64,000 bases of DNA from Chiloscyllium plagiosum (lineage: Eukaryota): contig NC_057758.1 in NCBI RefSeq assembly GCF_004010195.1, positions 4,904,702-4,968,701 of the forward strand, read 5' to 3'. The position numbers and the translations under genes were made by a program. Numbering within the stretch: position 1 is the stretch's first letter; each line of letters begins with the position of its first letter. Below the pieces are notes generated by a model. That model did not search any database and had not been told where the DNA came from. It was given only the letters and a program-made list of their open reading frames with translations. Shown piece after piece: positions 60,621 through 64,000 of the stretch.

Positions 60621-63575
60621 AAGAACAGAACAAAACAATTTACAGCCCAGGAACAGGCACTTCGGCCCGCCAAGCCTGAGCCGATCCAAATGTACTGTCG
60701 AAACCTGTTGGTCAATTCCTAAGAATCCGTATCCCTCTGTTCCACACCTACTCATGTATTTGTCCAGATGTATCTTAAATGAATCTACTGTGTCTGCCTC
60801 TACTACCTCTGCTGGCAACGCATTCAAAACGCCCATCACCCTTTGTGTAAAGAAGTAGCCGCGTGTATCCCCCTTAAGCTTTCTATCTCTCACCTTGAAA
60901 GAGTGTCCTCTCGTTATTGAATCCTTCACCCTGGGAAAACTCTTTTCTCTATCCACCTTGTCTATAACCTTCATGATTTTATTAACCTCAATCAGATCCC
61001 CTCTCAAATTCCTTTTTTCTATTGAAAATAGACCTAACCTACACAACCTTTCTTCATAGCTAGCATCTTCCATACCAGTCAACATCCTCGTAAACGTTCT
61101 CCGCACCCTCTCCAAAGCGTGTACATCATTTTGGTAATTTCCCGACCAGAATTGTACACAGTATTCTAAATGCGGCTGAACCAATGTCGTACAATTTTAA
61201 CATGACTTGCCAGCTCTTATACTCAATACCCTGTCCAACGAAGGCAAGCATACTATAAGCCGTCTTGGCCACTGCAGCCACCTATGCAGCAACCTTCAGT
61301 GTACAATGGACCTGCACTACCAGATCTCTCTGCCCATCAACTTTTCCCAAGGCTCTTCCGTTCATTGTATAATTCGCTCTAGAATTGGTCTTGCCTGAAT
61401 GCATCACCTCATATTTGTCTGGATTGAAAACCATTTGCCACATTTCCGCCCAACTCTCCAGCCTATCTATATCCTCCTGTATTCTCTGAAAGTCCCTTAT
61501 GCTTCCTACGACTCCACAATCTGCGTGTCATCTGCAAACTTGCTGATCGTAACAACAATGACCTCTTCCAGATCATTTCTGTCTCTTACAAATAACAGTG
61601 GCCACAACACTGACACCTGTGGAACACCACTGGTCACCTTTCTCCATTTTGAGGAACTCCCTTCAATTACTACTGTGTATCTCCTGTTGCTCAACCAATT
61701 CTTTATCCACCTAGCTAGAGTGACTTCACTTTCTCCATTAGTCTACCATGGGGAACCTTATCAAACGCATTACAAAAGTCCATGAAAATGACATAAACAG
61801 CCCTTCCTTCATCTATCGACTTGGTAACTTCCTCGAAGAACTCTCTACAGTTGGTAAGGCACGATCTCCCCGCACAAAACCATGTTGCCTATCACTGATA
61901 AGCCAATTCTTTTCTAAATATAAATAGATCCCATCACTCAGTACCTTCCCCAGCAAATTTCCCACCACTAACAACAGGCTCACTAGTCTGTAGTTACCCG
62001 GAATATCCCTACTACCCTTCCTGTGCAGGGGGACAACATGAGCAGTACTCCAGTCCTCCGGCACCTGACCTGTATTTAAGGATTCCACAAAAATATCTGT
62101 CAGGGCCCCAGCTATTTCCTCTTACCTCCCTCAGCAACCTGGGATAGATCCCATCTGGTCCTGGGGATTTGTCCACCTTAATAACCTCTAGCCTACACAA
62201 CACGTCTTCCCTACTTATGTCAACGTGATCCAGACTAATCAAACTTCTATCTCTAATCTCAACATTCATCATGTTCCTCTCCTCAGTGAACACTGATGCA
62301 AAATTACCATTCAGAATCTCACCCATTCTCTCATGTTCAACATACAGCCTTCCATCGTTATCCTTTCGTGGACCAATCATTTCTCTAGTTCGCCATTTGC
62401 TTCTTATATAAGAATAAAATGTTTTGGGATTCTCCTTAATTCTGCTCGCTCAAGTCAATTCATTACCCCTTTTAGCCCACTTGACTCCTCGTTTAAGACT
62501 TGTCCTACTATTCCGAAATTCTTCCAAGGCCCGTTCTGTTCTTAGCTGCCCAGACCTTATATGTGCTTCTCTTTTCCTCTTGGGTAGTCGTATAATTTCT
62601 CATGTCATCCACGGTTCACGAATCTTGCCCTTCCTATCCTTTGCTTTCAATGGGACATGCCAGTCCTACACTACCTTTAACCTCTCTTTGAAAGCCTCCC
62701 ACATCTCAAGTGCGGATTTCCCTTCAAAGAGCTGTGTCAAGTCCACATTTCCGAGCTCCCACATAATTTTGATGTACTTGGGCTTGGCCCAGTTTAGTAA
62801 TCTTCACTTAGGACCACTGTCTTTTTATCTATGAGTATTCTAAAACTTACAGAATTGTGTTCACTGTTATCAAAGAAATCCCCCACCGCAACTTCTACCA
62901 CCTGCTCTGGCCCGCTCCCCAGTACCAGGTCCAATATGACCCCTTTCCTCGTCGGACTATTGACATAATGCTCTATCCCTCAACCAAGTCTCATTCATAT
63001 CCGTAAAATGATACTCAAAGGTATTAATTCAAGCTCTAAATTCACCTGCCTTAACCTTTAAGCTTCTCGAATTAATACAAATGCATCTCAGACCACCTGT
63101 CCCTTTGTGTTCATCGTGTACTCCCTCCTACTCCCTCACTTAGTCACGCTGACGTTAATATCTCTTTCCTGACACGATTTAGTTACTACCTCCTCATTAT
63201 CTGCTAACTTCCTTACGTCGTTCCCACCCCGGTGTCACATTCGTTTAAAGTCTGCGCAACAGCGTTAGCGAGGGGACACTCGAGGACATTAGCTCCAGTC
63301 CACCCCAGGTGTAGAACGCCCAATTTACAAAAGTCCCAGGTTCCTCACAAACGGTGCCAATTTCCCAAAAATCTGAACCCAACACTATTGCACCATCTCT
63401 CAGCACTTCGTTCATCTTTTCTGTTCTTTCATTTCCATTGTGCCCAGCTATATCAGTGCACTAGCCTACCCAGAGCCCACTGGCCCCCGAGGAAAGTCCT
63501 TTTTGAGGGAAATGTACCTTCCCAGCAGACCCTAGCTCCTCGCTCTCACTGCTCCCTCTGCTACTGAAAATGAAG
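60621..63575 (-). mobile_element. Decayed CR1-B, copy 3
   Basis: ORFs 60618..61184, 61506..61694 (KFADD), 61813..62088. Confidence 0.9.
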
Positions 63576-64000
63576 GCTGGGAATCGCGTAATGTGTCACT
63601 GACTTCCTGAATCTGCCCAAAACCCTCTTCACAATCGACACAAGTCAGGATAATAAGGGAATAATTCCCAACTGCATTGTTGGATGAAAATTCAGCAACA
63701 CTCTGGGAATTCATCATCATGGAAGACAAACAGCCAAAATCTTTGGCATCACATTCACAAATGTCCGCGACATCAACTTGTAACGCTAAAGAGCAATAAT
63801 GTGTGCTCCCCGCAGGATGCACTACAGAATTTTTCAAAAGATACTAAGGCAGAAACCTTCCAAACATACAAGCATTTTCTTCGAGAAGGACATCTGTCAG
63901 TTGACTCCCATGCCACTCACCATCGTGACTTGACAATCTATTCGCTGTTTCTCCAGTGTGGCTGGATTAATGCTCGGATAACCTCCCTCACGGAATTGTG

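Larger units (their letters stand above)
53996..64000 (+). repeat. Segmental duplication block, copy 3 (continues beyond window)
   Basis: Colinear with 20729-~28365; contains copy-specific local duplications and a SINE. Confidence 0.95.

Overview
Eukaryotic, repeat-dominated DNA, most likely from a cartilaginous fish (inferred from HE1/V-SINE-type tRNA SINEs, CR1 LINEs with an SGNH-esterase ORF1, and a GPR139-like receptor of the type expanded in sharks). No prokaryotic operons, rRNA, true tRNA or CRISPR were seen. The only host-gene material is a minus-strand two-exon class A GPCR. Exon 1 is 44223-44085 and exon 2 is 18589-17687, with phase-compatible splice sites and one +1 frameshift in a T7 run. 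Its intron-like sequence occurs as three diverged ~10-kb paralogous blocks (~20.7-30.2 kb, 30.7-39.9 kb, 54.0-64.0 kb), separated by exactly-500-N gaps. This suggests a partly unassembled tandem receptor array, so the visible exon pair may be chimeric. The rest is decayed transposons: many CR1 LINEs, a Gmr1-like Gypsy element with a SCAN-like Gag and PR-INT-RT order, a second Gypsy RT/RNase H fragment, SINEs, and two families of Penelope-like elements (PLEs). The most interesting signal is RNA-structural. Both PLE families carry minimal type I hammerhead ribozyme motifs (CUGAnGA-N-stem II-GAAAC-GUC with palindromic stem III). They occur as inverted-terminal-repeat plus ~35-40-nt-tail insertions with 12-14-bp target-site duplications, including tiny (125-210 bp), very young, non-coding mini-elements. 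Identity values and family assignments are by eye; no database searches were run.
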